Of a stretch of DNA of 64,000 bases, positions 12,493 through 25,849 are shown piece by piece. The DNA lies in contig JAWMAR010000421.1 in NCBI GenBank assembly GCA_036785375.1, positions 1,364,001-1,428,000 on the forward strand, written 5' to 3'. The position numbers and the translations under genes were made by a program. The notes below the pieces were generated by a model that did no database searches, was not told the origin of the DNA, and was given only the letters and a program-made list of their open reading frames with translations. Within the stretch, counting starts at the first letter, position 1. Every line of letters starts with the position of its first letter. The stretch comes from Leucoraja ocellata. Its lineage: Eukaryota.

Positions 12493-13120
12493 CCATCCTG
12501 GTTCTTCAAGCCTGGTCTGTCACAGCTGTGGGGCAAATGCACAGCTTCTTTCCCTTCCCTTACAGGGTGACTGAGGCCAAGTGTTTACTGAGCAGAAAAT
12601 GTTTAAAGGGGATTCCAAACCAAAAAGTGTGAAAAGAGAGACGTCATATGTACTCATAGCTCAGGACTATGCCCTTTGGCCCATAAACTTTATGCCGAAC
12701 ATGACACCAATGTAAACCTCACATCTACCTACACATGGTCTATATCCTTCAGTTCCCTGTTCATGTCTCTCTATGCCTTTTAATCATTGCTATTATATCT
12801 GATTTCCAAAATCTACACATCCTGCCTATAATGTGGCGACCAGAAATGCAAACCAAAACTTTGATTTGTATTACAAAGTAAAAATACTTAATACCTGCTT
12901 AGTCCCAGAACTTGTACCCGGCCTGACACCTTTCCACTCTCTGCCAATCATGTGCAAATCTGTGGATGCTGAAGTGCAGCAAAAGATTATGCTAAAATTC
13001 ATTTTCTCCCTGTGAACAAGGAGGGAATCTGCTCACTTCTGACAGCATTAACATTAGCTTACTAGCATTCAGAGAAGGCCGACTCCCTACCTAGCAAGAC
13101 AGTAAAGTGAGAGATGTTAC

Positions 13121-13208
13121 CTTTTATCCCCGTTGGTATGATTCGAGGCCAGGATATAGAAAAGCGATAATGATTGACTTTTAACTCCTTCAACAAGGCA
13201 ATGTCCTC
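13121..13208 (-). CDS. LCTL: LCTL coding exon 3
   Basis: EDIALLKELKVNHYRFSISWPRIIPTGIK with the GH1 YRFSISWPR motif. Acceptor ttacag, donor G|gtaaca. Not in the ORF track; translated manually. Confidence 0.95.
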
Positions 13209-13355
13209 CTGTAATAAAATCAGGTGTTAACCAGGCTTTGCATGCATGAGGAAAATTATGAAGTTACTGGGTCTAGAAGGTTTGCTGGACAGGCTAGGAA
13301 TTCTTTACCTGGAACATAGGAGCCTGAAGGATTATGTTATGGAGGTTTATAATAT

Positions 13356-13470
13356 CACTAGACCAAGTGGGACACGTTGGGTCCTTGTCACACTGGAGGG
13401 CTGGTCCCCGATCGCAATATTCCACCACTCACCCAAAGCCCCCAACTGTGCAGCCGCGGTTGTGACGCCA
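13356..13470 (+). mobile_element. Possible Helitron/Helentron-type terminus fragment
   Basis: ACTAG followed by the imperfect hairpin GGGACACGTTGGGTCC. It interrupts a CR1 remnant (13255-13352). Confidence 0.35.
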
Positions 13471-13740
13471 AAGGTTTGGGATAAGGGCCAGGTGCAGGCA
13501 GTTAGGTAATCCAAACAATGTATTTTCACCAGAAATACTTGGCGATGGAGGATAGTTACATATAGAATTGCAAATCGAGTCACTTAGAAAAGTGGTCAAT
13601 AGACCTGATTGACAGTGGGTGATCCAATCACACCCATTCTGTCAGGAATTTCACCATATTCCACCTTAAACATTTCATTGCCTGCAAAATACCTTGGGAT
13701 GTGAAAAACTCTAACACAACCCCATATTCTATGTTCTTAC

Positions 13741-13901
13741 CTTGAATTTATAATAGCTTTCACAGGATGAGTCCCCTGTTTCATTCAGGAATACTTTTCC
13801 TTTCTTATGCGTGAAAACATCCCAGATACTGAGACCTTTCCCATCTTGATTCCAAGCTCCTTCTGTCTGGTAGGCCGAACTGCCCACACCCCAGGAGAAA
13901 C
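13741..13901 (-). CDS. LCTL: LCTL coding exon 2
   Basis: [54 protein letters not shown] contains the GH1 N-terminal signature. Acceptor ttttag, donor AAG|gtaaga. Confidence 0.96.
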
Positions 13902-16175
13902 CTAAAATCAGTAGAGTACTTAAACACTGTGTTTCATGACAATATATATTTGTGCATTGATTGGTACTTGGAAATATTCCAAATTGTTTCAAACTAAGAT
14001 TAATTAAAGTTCGGTATTTTTCACATTTCCATACAATGCAGGAGGCCATTCATCTGATTGAGCTTATGCTGGCTGTTAGTAAAATCCCATTATCCCACTT
14101 ATTTCCCTTGTAATTATTATTTCTCATACATTGCAGGACGTCTCTGTTCCGAGTCTATATGCCTGTGATGCTGCTGCAAGCAAGATTTTCATTGTACCTG
14201 GATCTCACCACACTTGTGCATGTGACAATAAACGTGACTCGCCTTGAGATCTACCCTAATTCACCAGCCACCCACCTACACTTGGGACAACCTAGTATGA
14301 CCAATAAACCCAACAACTCTTGTGAGTTTCGGACATGGGAGAAAACTCAAGAGTACCCAGAGAAAAGCCACATTGTCACAGAGAGAACATGGAAATCGGA
14401 GCTAAGATCAGGATCAAACCCAGGTCACTGGAGATGTGAAGCAGCAGAACTGCCTGCTAAACCACTGTGTTGCTCATATATGCTGCAGCACAGAACGTTT
14501 AAAGATGGTACTGCATGACTTTCAGCTCTAAATACAAACTCTGAAGTGATATTAGAAAATTGGTGTGGAGCTGATTGTGTCTGGTCCAGTACGAGACGAG
14601 AAACAGAACAACCATGCTGTCACAAGATCTGTAGCTGCACGGGACTGTTCATTAATTTGTATAGTCTGCCATGAACATAGTAAAACATCCAAGGCGTGTC
14701 ACAAAAGGAGATGGCAAAGAGAGAACCAAAGTCAACCAACGAGTTGTGCTTTAAGGAGCATGAAAGGAGGAGAGGGAGGCAGAGAAGTTAGGGTTGGTGT
14801 CCAAGAAACTGACAGAGAGATTAAAATCCACATTGACTGGAAGGCTGTGAGAGTTGGGGGAACACAGAGATCATAGAGAGTTGTAGCACTAGAGTTTACA
14901 GGGATGGATTTCCACTCAGGGTGAGCAGGGGCAAAATCTTGGAGGAATTTGAAAGCAAAGTTGGAATTTTTAATATCAAGACCTTTATTTAATGTGAAGC
15001 CTACATAACTCCCACAGCACTGGAGGTGGAAGGAATGCAAATTAGACATATTTCTTAAAGAAAATAACATTTTGAGATTCTGCATGAATAATCTGAGAGG
15101 ATGTACAGTGGAAAGCAGATATCTTTGGACTTAATGTTTCCCAAGGGCTATGCTCACTCACACATAGGAGCACACAAGAACAAGAGAGGTTTCATAAAAG
15201 ATCTTGGGAGGGTTAGACAGAAGGACATGTCCATTGGTTGTGAAATCCACAATTAGAAATCATGGATTCATGCTATAATTTCATCTATTTGGGAGAGAGC
15301 TGAGTAGAGATTTATTTTGAATTCTCTGCAGCACCATATATGTGGTGCTTCGTCATTTGCATGTTTGAGGCTTAGATTAGGTAGTTTCTGAGGTTGTAAT
15401 GAATTAATGGATATTGGAAAGTTATTGTAAAGTTGAATTATTTAATGGAAGGGCGGAGAGGCCATTCGTTTCAGTTCCTAAAAGCTACGTATCATGGGGG
15501 CTTTATTCATTTCTAGCCTGGATTTGTTGTGGACTGATTAATAAATCGTCTGTGTATCAATTGATCATTGGGATAGTGGAAGATGAATCAGATAGATCCT
15601 AGTCCTTGGTGCTGTAACAATTCCAATATCCTAAAGTCTTTTCAGAATACTTGTTAGATTCAACCAATCAAGATTTTGAATATTTGTCTCTTTTTTTCAC
15701 CTGGATCTTGATTTGTAAACTTAGAAGGTAAATGCACATACTGTTTCTTATGGGGACTGTCAATAATCTGTCACTACAGGGGCAACAGTCATTCGTCATT
15801 GAAAACTCAATGTGATGCATATAATCCAGTTTCTGGTAACAAACATTGGCCTGCTCTAAACTGGTAAGAATTCTGAAGCTATTGGACACAGAGAACATAT
15901 CAAAAGATCAGTTTATTTGTATATTGCGTAAAGTTAAGAAACTGTCCACAAATCTGGTATAATGAGAAGATTCCAGAACTGAGAAGGACCAATATTATTT
16001 TTCTTGATTATTCTTAAACTTTTAAATCAGTGACCAGAAATGGACATTCTGTAACAATAGATTTGTTCTGACCATAAAAATCATGCCTTCATCATACAGC
16101 ATCTTAAAAGTATTAACAGTAAATTAATACATCGCTCTAGTTCCTAGCTCTACTTGGGCCCTTCAATGTACTTAC

Positions 16176-16296
16176 CAGCAGGGAAAGTCCCATAGTAGAA
16201 GGATCCGCCATGGTCTTTTGTCCAGTCAAAGTCCAGAGTCAGGCACAGAGGCAGAGCCAGCAGCAGCCCTCCGTGCAGAACCAGGGGCTGCATCAT
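16176..16296 (-). CDS. LCTL: Lactase-like protein (gamma-Klotho/KLPH), coding exon 1 with signal peptide
   Basis: Manual translation MMQPLVLHGGLLLALPLCLTLDFDWTKDHGGSFYYGTFPA(G). Hydrophobic signal peptide, FYYGTFP matches the LCTL N-terminus, an in-frame TGA lies two codons upstream of the ATG, donor G|GTAAGT (phase 1). Confidence 0.92.
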
Positions 16297-19200
16297 CCTT
16301 CAGCCTTTATCAGTCCAGTGTCGTTACCTAGCACCCGATGGCAGCTTCTCCCCACAATCTGTCCACACACAGAGTACAACACGATCATGCAGAAGAGTGC
16401 CGCAGAAAAACTAACCACACGGGCAAGAGCACATTGTAAAGTGAAAGCTGAGGGATGACCCGACAGGTCTTTCAAATTCTGAACTAATTTGATTGATAAA
16501 TGAAGAGAAAACATGTCCCCATCTTAATGAATTCACAGTGCAAATGTGAAACTTCTTCCCAAAGGAATAAACGTACAAAGGAGGATGTTATAGAACGAGA
16601 TGATGGTGGGATCGGATGAATGGGGAGAATGTGATGCCGTGAGTGAGCACTTGATCTGAATGATCTCTTTCTATGCTGTGCTTTCCATACAAAATAAAAG
16701 TGCTGGTTATTAACCATCATAGCTTCTACCGCAGGCACAAGTATCAAAGATATGCACTACCATGTATTTTTTGTCTTGCATTATATTAATTGGCATCCTC
16801 GTCATCCAAGTAATTAAAATAGCATTTACTGAATTTGCGTTCAGATTGAATCCTCCATTCAGAAAGCCACAATACTGCTTTTGGGCTCTTTCCTTCATTT
16901 GTTGAGTGCAGAATTCTCCCAAGTTCCTGATGTTGAACATTTGCACCAGATAGTTAAAGGTATCACCTTGATATCACATTGTTGATTTCCAGACAATATT
17001 GTAGAAAAAATGAATTCCTAATGCAATGCTCATTTGTGTTATATACACATCCAGTCAAGTTTGGCAAATGAGATTAATGAAAGACTGACTGCCACAAATC
17101 ACCATCTTACCTGTTAACCTTTCTTCATTTATCTGGATGAGAAGATGACACCAATACTAGGCACTCAGAATAAATCCACCCTGCAGCCGTACACAGTCCA
17201 AAAATAAAGTAAAAATTTGGAGAACAATCTAGCAAACTATTCATTGGTTCCAGAGAGAGAATGTCATTTGGAATTCAATGATGCGTTAGCAAATTTAGCT
17301 GAACTTGACAATTCTCTTTGTAAAGGCCGAGTTTCCCTTGTAAGCAAACTTTTCTAAGCTGTATTTGAACCAGCCTCTCTTGTGTGTGTTTTTGATGACA
17401 ATACTTCAGTGTGAGGATGAGCTCTGTGTCATTTTCATAGGAATAGTTCTGAATGTAAGCATATAAAGGATCACAATGTTGTGCCAGGTTGGAAACAGCT
17501 GCTCAGTGGCAAACACTGACAAAGCAAGTTCAACCTCTTTCCCTCTGCCTAGATACTGCAATGGGGTGAATGCCTCAGAATTAGAATGGCTCACCCCTCT
17601 GAAAAGTATTGCACATTTTCCAAAAAAAGATCTTTTGCAACAAATCCAAACTTCTGATAAAATTCCAATGGGGATATTACATTCTTCCAAAGACATGTTG
17701 CACTAAACGTTATTCCCTTATCATGTAGCTGTACACTGTGAATGGCTCGATTGTAATTATGTATTGTCTTTCCGCTGGCCGATTAGCACACAACAAAGGT
17801 TTTGCACTGTACCTCGGTGCACGTGACAATTAACTAAACTGAACTGGACGAGGGAGTTCATTGTTGTAATTATCTTTTACAGTGAGTTTTAACCTTTCAG
17901 TAGGCTTGAGGTAGTTGTTGAAATGTTCAATGATAGTTCATAGTATCTGTATAGTGACGTTGCCATGTGTGTTTGACCTGATCTTACCCAAGAGTCAGTA
18001 TGTGCATCAAGTTCCTCGAAGCAGAAGATAGACAATTTTCTTGCAAGTGAGTGATAGTATGGATGCAAATGGATCTCCCTTGGCATATTCACACTTCTAC
18101 TCAAAATGTTAGCCTAACTGCTCCCCTAAACCGTCATGTTCTTGTTTCACATATGAATGTTTAGCTTTCAGAGTAATTTGAAAATGTATTAAATGGGCCC
18201 TTCAACAGTGCTACTAATCATAGAATGAAACATCTATAATGTTGCATTGGGAGTCCAAATTAGCTTGGATTATCTCATGCATGCATCAGTCTCACTGAAA
18301 TAAGATTCATAAAATACAGATTGTGGAATTCTCTGCCACAGAAGGCAGTGAAGGCCAATTCACTGGAGAGTTTACAAGAGAGTTAGATATAGCTCTTGGG
18401 GCTAACAGAATCAAGGGATATGGGGAGAAAGCAGGAACTGATTTAGCATGATCAGCCATGATCACAGTGAATGTCGGTGCTGGCTCGGTGCCAAATTGCC
18501 TACTCCTGCACTTATTAAAGGAGAATGGGATAGGATCAATAACACACTTCTATTTAATCCCAGTTCAAATGATATTGGTCCATCTCCAGGCCACTTCAGA
18601 ACATTCAGTCATCTGACTGCGACAGCTTCAGAATCTTATTATCTTTTAAAGGCAGCCTAATCTGTCTAGCACCTGCCACAAAGTTTCATGATCAATGAGC
18701 CAAAGTGTTTCCTCAAAACAGCAAAAAAAACACCAACTAATTTTGTTTACAATACCTTCCTGGATAAGCCCTTTTTGGTACACACCCTCCTGTTAGTTTA
18801 GACTAGTTTAAAGCCTCCTGAGTAGTCCAGCAAACCTGTCCACCAGGATATTGTTCCTCTTACAGTTCAGTAGCAGCATCTGTGTCTAATACAGGTCACC
18901 TCTGCTCCTAATAGGTCGCAATGGTCCAAATGCCTTCTCCTGTTCCAGCACATGATGCCCTTTCCTCCTATTCCTGCTGTCACTAGCACTTGAGAGGCAA
19001 CGATGTTGGCATTCTCAGTCTTCTGGAATCTTCTCATTGCACTAGATTTGAAAAACAATTCATGAAGTGCCTGCGTCTTCATTCTGTTGTATTCAGCTTA
19101 TGTGCTGTTTGGTTCTGAGTCTCATCTGACATGCACTGAGAGTTGGCTTAAAATGATATTTAATTGTAATGATGGTTTACCTGTCAATGATTAGCTTCAA

Positions 19201-20318
19201 GTCTATACGGGATAATCCTACAATCATTATGACTAATTTGAATTTAGAAGTAAAAAGATGTGATGTTAAGATTTATATTCAGAAAAAAAAAACGTCATAT
19301 AGATTGTTACAATCTCCCATCACTAACATATAAACTACATCAATGCCATTTTGCACCCTGCATCTTGACACACATTCTCCCTTTAAAATATAAGAAAAAT
19401 AAACTTTCCCAACTCCCAAATTCTGAATCTCATTTCATATCTCAAATGCTTCTGCCAAATATCCTGCAAATTCAAATAAAATGAGCTCAGGCACAGTACA
19501 ACAGTACAACAAGGACACCCAATCAAAAATAGCACCCTTCTGTCTTTCTCCGCAGCTTACATTAACTAAGAACAGTGGTTGTTTGCCCCAGCATTAAGGC
19601 TGGCAAAGAGCTTTGTACGCCCTGCTCAGTTGGAGGGTCAACAACATTGTTTTCAGCAATCAGCCTTCACTAAAATTGTCTCAGGGTACATTCCCGAAAA
19701 CAATTTAAAGGAAATCTTTTTATCGTGGTTTAATAAATACATGGGGTTATGTGCACTTTATGCTGGTACGGGTAATCAATTGCATTGCTACAAACATAGC
19801 CAATGCAATACTGTGAACTGTTAAGAAATGTAATGACACCAAGAAGCTGTCACCAACTCAGCTGTAGATGAGTTATATGGATGCCACACCAGACATTCCC
19901 GTCTCCCTGTAATTTCTGCCGACATTCGGTAGACATTCCTCTCTCCTTGTTAGACTACCCAAGCTTGTTACCATAAACATGGACACTTACTATTGTAATG
20001 GTACTTTCAGGAGTTTCTGCACAGGCTTTTTTATTAACAAAACTAATACTGCAATAGTGATTAGTCACTATTGGAGATCCTCAGGGGATGCACAGAAGTA
20101 ATAAAATAATAAAAGATCCCATGGCCAAGCACAGAGACTGCAGCATGTGAATATCATTCATACATCCAGCTAACTTTGTTGTCTATTGTTCCAAAACCTC
20201 AGCACCCATGTTCCAAGAAAGTTCAAAATTGCGAAAATTTGCACACCCGCAGATGCGTTTCTGATTTTGTCTTCCTAATTCTCAGGGACTTGTCAGTTTT
20301 TTGTGCCGATAACACATC

Positions 20319-20324
20319 TTTATT
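20319..20324 (-). terminator. Candidate SNAPC5 polyadenylation signal (AATAAA)
   Basis: AATAAA on the minus strand about 230 nt after the stop codon; a second one lies at 20030-20035. Confidence 0.4.
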
Positions 20325-20552
20325 CAGCACAAAGGTTGCACCGCTGCAACTGTCGTCCACTGCAGCTGCCCTTCTCATTTCTGTCAAGGAGGTGAAGCAA
20401 TGAAGACAACACTTTCAAAGTAATGTTTCAGAAGTTATGGTCTGCAGTTCTCAAAGGCTGTTGTGTTCATACATCCAACTTGCTGTACATTGAAAAAAAA
20501 TCTGAAGACATCTTTTGTGCTATTAATTTAAAGTCTTGACACAAAGCATGAT

Positions 20553-20693
20553 TTAGTTATATTCTTCATCCTCTTCTTCTTCCACTTCCTCCTCCTCCTC
20601 CTCATCATGTCTTATATGAGTAACAAACTGGGATGTGTTTAACTGTAGCTGGGTTTGATTGATGGCATTTTCATTGTCTACCTGCATCAAAGA
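20553..20693 (-). CDS. SNAPC5: SNAPC5 last coding exon with acidic tail
   Basis: SLMQVDNENAINQTQLQLNTSQFVTHIRHDEEEEEEVEEEEDEEYN*; VDNE..INQT.L.L and the poly-Glu tail match SNAPC5. Acceptor cttctacag. Total protein 108 aa. Confidence 0.93.
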   Translation of the reverse strand, partial: SLMQVDNENAINQTQLQLNTSQFVTHIRHDEEEEEEVEEEEDEEYN

Positions 20694-21425
20694 CTGTAGA
20701 AGGAAATGATTAGCAATAAAAATAAGGTATTCAATAGACACATTAGGTTAAAGCTATAATGAATCTTAAATAACTTTCACTCCTTAAATTTAAGATTAGA
20801 ATTACTATTCTATTAAATTACTATTCAATTATTCTAGAATGAATATAATATTAAATGTTTTGCTCCCTTCTTTTTTCTAGTTCAAAACCCATTTTGAGGG
20901 GAATTAGTCTGTTGGGTCCCTACATATGAGAACCTTGGAGGGGACAGGGATATGGATTACGTAGGCTTGAGGAAGATAACTTTCGATTCTCGGGAAAATT
21001 TCACAACCTTATAACATCTCAAATCAATTTACAGTTGTGTTGGAGTGTAAAGCTGCCAATTTGTGCACAGCAAGCATCTGCAAATAGCAATGGGAAATTG
21101 ATCAGGTATCTTTCAGTACTGAGGAATAAATTTCAGACAGGGAGATCAGGAAGAGCTCCTCAAAAGTAATGTTCTGGGATCATTCTCACCTGGATGGGCT
21201 CCTCCATTTAATGTGTCATTGAAAATACACAACTTCACCACTGAGAATCTGGACCAAACACAGGGTACCCCAGATTAATGGGGATTTGTATACCTAGAAA
21301 ATGGCCTGTATTCTAATTTTCTTTAACGCAAAGTCATGTTATTTGTGCATAAATACAAATTGGAAAAGAAATTGTCTTTATTCACGTAAATCCTGAGAGC
21401 GTGAATCAAATGGGCTTTTATCCTG

Positions 21426-21558
21426 TGTCAAGAAGGAACTGCAGATGCTGGAAGATCGAAGGTACACAAAAATGCTGTAGAAACTCAGCGGGTGCAGCAG
21501 CATCTATGGAGCGAAGGAAATGGGTTACGTTTCGGGCCGAAACCCTTCTTCAGACTGA
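21426..21558 (-). mobile_element. Short Penelope-terminus (pLTR-like) insertion with a minimal hammerhead core and 11-bp TSD
   Basis: Flanked by direct repeat CTTTTATCCTG (21415-21425 and 21559-21569). Homologous to the terminus of the GIY-YIG element at 50682-50805. Confidence 0.85.
21526..21553 (-). ncRNA. Minimal type I hammerhead ribozyme motif
   Basis: Minus strand CUGAAGA-A-GGGU(UUCG)GCCC-GAAAC-GUA: both conserved boxes, a stem II hairpin and an NUH triplet. Stems I and III are minimal. Confidence 0.6.
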
Positions 21559-22152
21559 CTTTTATCCTGGATGGCTTTTAGTTTCTGAATGTAGTCTGAA
21601 CTGTGCTTATCCAGGTAAGTGAATAGTACACTCATGTTCTGTATTTGTACTTTGCACATTTAAAGACTTGAGTGTCATGAGATGATTCACTTTCAGCAGA
21701 ATTCCCAAGCTTTGACTTGCTCACAATCACAGGATACAGCATTCAAATTGACAAAAAGAGTACTGGTGACAAGCTGACCAAAGGAGTTAGTGTAGGACAG
21801 AACCCAAGAGAAAAAAAATAAAAGGCAGGTACACAAATGAGCAAACTACAGGAAAGCAGAGTAGAAATGCAAGGAAGAAGGTACACAATGGGTTCTTTAC
21901 AAAGTAATCTATTCAACCTTATTATCTTGTTCTAAATTCCTGCAATATTTTCTCCAAATAATGGAAAATAGAACAAAGAAATGAGGTCCAAGTATGAATG
22001 AAGAAAAGTACATACAAATACTAAAGCATACCAGAATTAAGGCAGCACATAACCAAAACAAAATTACAAGCAGTCACTGTGCCTGGCTAATCTGTCATCT
22101 TGGAAATTTTACTAAACATTACAGTATTTACAGCACAAAACACATTTCTCAC

Positions 22153-22248
22153 CTCCATGGATTCAGGTGTTTGGCCACACTTGTCAGTGCCAACAGTGTG
22201 GCCTTCATCTTTGGTCATGATCATGGATCGCAAGGCCAACTCTTCTAC
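22153..22248 (-). CDS. SNAPC5: SNAPC5 second coding exon
   Basis: VEELALRSMIMTKDEGHTVGTDKCGQTPESME; VEELAL.SMI continues the conserved sequence. 96 nt, acceptor ttgcag, donor GAG|gtgaga. Confidence 0.93.
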
Positions 22249-23959
22249 CTGCAATCATAGCAAACTCACATTAACATGGACACATTCCTAAAGCTGTAGA
22301 TAGCCACATTAACAATAACTTGCATTCATAATGCATTTTGAAAAATAGTGACATTGCTGGTCACATAAAGGTTAAATAAATCAAACATGTATAGAACACA
22401 GAAACTGAAAAGCTATTTAGCCCCTCAGGCCTCTATCAAAATTCATTGTGGCCTGATGTTTTAAGACCAAATGCTGGAAGGTGTTTGGATTATTATTTTA
22501 TGACTGACACAAATACTGGCTGAATGACTCATTCAATATTGTAAATTATTAAATATATTTAAATATAATCAAGCATTTTGGGGCTAAGAGAAGTCAATGG
22601 TTAGGCAGGGAGGTTAAGTTGAGGCCACAACCTGATTAATTATGATCTTAGTGAACCTGTAGGGCCTAATTGTATTATTAAATTTTCAGCTGCATTCTGA
22701 CAAGACTCAGTACTTTGACTGGATCATGACCAATCTATTTAAGTGCCATTTTCCAGAAATATCTCCACATCCCCAACTCCATCTTGGTTCTGAACAAATT
22801 CATGACAGAGTGTGCACTATGTAACAGGATAGGCCAGTAGAAACATCTTTCCTATGTCCACCTTGTTGAGCCCTAACTTTTCTAAATGCTCATACAATCT
22901 CTTGTTCATCTAAAAGCTCTTAACAATACAAGTCTGGCCAACTCAATCTTTCATGGAAAACAAATCATTCTCAGAACGAGTCTTGGGAACCTTCACTGCC
23001 CTCCTTGTGTAGTAGGTATACTTTCTTGCAGGATAAAGAGCAAATCTCTGCACATAACTCACCAATGCCCCCATATAATTACAGCAATACCTCTTTACTC
23101 CTGCACTCAAATCTTCTGATGATAAATAAGGATAACATACAATTTCCCTTTGTAATGCCTTGCTGAACCTGCATATTAACACACATAAACAATTCCAGAT
23201 GATTGGAAGATCATACCCAGACCGTATACTATCTCTATCGCTACCTCTTTTAAAACTCTGAGAAATAAATGAAGGGAGTTTTGTACTTCTAGTACTTTAA
23301 ATATATATATAATTTAATTAATAGACACTTGTCTGCTATTTCTGGCTGGATTAATACATGAAGACATGGTAATTGTTTCTGTGCCATTTGCTTATACCAT
23401 AATACAAATCCTCCCATCTCTTTCTGTCAGGGACCCATCTCTATCTGTGCTTGCCTTATTCTTTTTACACATCTATAGCAGATCATGCAGTCCAGTTTAA
23501 GTTTCCTGAGTGGATTTCTCACCTTAACAGAAATTCATGATCTGCTGAGATGGACTGATGTGATGTAACTAAAATGCTGAGATTTTTATTTGATTAAATT
23601 TCCCCAAGTCCATTGGTGGGTTTGTTGGAGATGGGATTTGAATATTATCCTAACTGCCAAGCTGTTGCTATTATAGGATAAGGGAATGGAGGGACATGGA
23701 TAACGTGCAGGCAGAACAGATTAGTTTAATTCGGCATCAGATTGGACACAGACATCGTGAGCCAAAGGGCATGTTCCTGCGTTGCACTGTCCTATGTTCT
23801 AAGACTGGACAGATGAATGGTAAGATAGTGGCAAGGATTTGTGCATTTATCTGGCACATGACCTAACCTGGATTATTTGATTGAAAGGGATTCCATCTCC
23901 TGGCATGGCACAGCACAAGAGGACAATCCACTAAACACAAACTTTCTTTGTGGATTTAC

Positions 23960-24049
23960 CTTGAGTCGGTTTAATTGATCTTGTAAAGTGCTTTTGATCT
24001 TCAGTAGAGCTTCCTCTTCTTTTTTCAGCTCTTGTAGCCGACTCAACAT
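23960..24049 (-). CDS. SNAPC5: snRNA-activating protein complex subunit 5 (SNAP19), first coding exon
   Basis: MLSRLQELKKEEEALLKIKSTLQDQLNRLK matches the vertebrate SNAPC5 N-terminal coiled coil. Donor AAG|gtaaat. Confidence 0.96.
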
Positions 24050-24855
24050 TCTAAGCCTCACTGTGGTTTTCAGCTCACCTGCAAGATGTTTAATTCACTT
24101 GCTCTCAATCATACATTGCAGTCCTACCAGGAGCAGCTATCTATGTGTGAAGACCAGGACAGATATGCAGGAGCAGCTTCAGAAATGTAGACTGCTAATT
24201 AAAGACAAAATAGCAGTATGTCATGAAATAAAGGTCTTTTCACGAGTCAATACCTGAAAGAGAAAAATTGTTCAGTACTTGGAGGAATCACATTCACAAT
24301 ATTAGTTAACATTCACCGACATGAAAATCCCAGGTCATTCACAGCTTAAAATGGAGAAAGAGCATTTATGATGGCTCCAAGTACTTCAAATACTTTTGTC
24401 AGAAGCCTGGTACAAATGGCAGGAGTGAATTAGCATCCAAACTGTCCACCCATTCACTCCACCTGTGGAAAAATTTTCAGATCTCATATCGACCATTGAC
24501 CTTAGGCATCCAGCAAAGGAAAATTAAGTCTGTACACTATTTCTACACTGCTCTGTGTACTACTAAAAAATACGGAAGCTCTCTCCATCCGCTACCCACT
24601 TTAGCTTAAATTTCCAATCTGAGTAAACCCCGACTTTAGAAAGTTATGCTACATTCTAATGGAAATGTTCAAAATGATTTGACATGGGAGAAATGTAAGT
24701 AAAGGACTGAGAACCAAGCCATTCATCTTTGAAATTAGAAGCAATACATTTTCTAAACAAAGGATGGTGGAAATCTTAGAAGGTGTTTCCCCAAAAAACG
24801 AGTTTGTGGATGATGAAGGCACATATCTGGTGCTGGGGGGGATGGGGAGTTGGCT

Positions 24856-25105
24856 AACTTTTTTCACACAGAGAGTGGTGAATCTCTGGAACTCTCTGCC
24901 ACAGAGGGTAGTTGAGGCCAGTTCATTGGCTATATTTAAGAGGGAGTTAGATGTGGCCCTTGTGGCTAAGGGGATCAGGGGGTATGGAGAGAAGGCAGGT
25001 ACGGGATACTGAGTTGGATGATCAGCCATGATTATATTGAATGGCGGTGCAGGCTCGAAGGGCCGAATGGCCTACTGCTGCACCTAATTTCTATGTTTCT
25101 ATGTT
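24856..25105 (+). mobile_element. CR1-clade LINE 3' end, young subfamily
   Basis: FFTQRVVNLWNSLPQRVVEASSLAIFKRELD, with the same tail as 11260-11484. Confidence 0.92.
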
Positions 25106-25849
25106 TAACTGAGTTGCAATAGAGACGAGGTATGACGTAACTGACCCTGCTGTCAGTGTGGAGTTTACATGTTCTCCATGTGACTAAGTGGATTTACTGT
25201 AAATTGCCCATCGTGTGCCAGCGAGTAGATTCGGGAGAGAGTGAGTAGGAGCGCGTTGATAAGAATGTTGGGAGAATAAAATAAGTCAGTGTAAGGTTGG
25301 TGTAAAAATGACAGTCGCAGTTGGATATTAATTCAGATCTGTTAGTCAAGGCCTTAGGATTTCTAGCCCAGTAATATGGCAGCTGCACCTTCACTTTCAG
25401 TAGCACAGTTTAAGGTGTAGAAGGAGTCACGGGAAGACACAAGTGCTGGAATAAGTCAACGGGTCAGGCAGTGTCTCTATAGACAACATGAATAGGTGAC
25501 GTTTCGGGTCGCGACACAAGACACAGCGGATGTTGGAATCTGGATCAACAAACAATCGGCCGAAGAAACTCAGTGGGTCCAGCATCATCTGTGTAGGGAA
25601 AGGAATTGCAGGGTCCTGATGCAGAGTCCCGACCGCAAACATCCACAATTCCTTTCTTCTTACACATGCTGCTCGACCCGCTACGTTCCTCTAGCAGACT
25701 GTTCATTGCAAGAAGAACATGTTTCCACACTGTCGTCAGGGAGGGAGCTCCATGACTCAAACTCAACATTGTTTAAGGCAGAGGAACAGCTTGATCATCA
25801 AATCCCCACTAACAGCTGCAGATTAATTCCCTGGCTGCCGACGACACAT

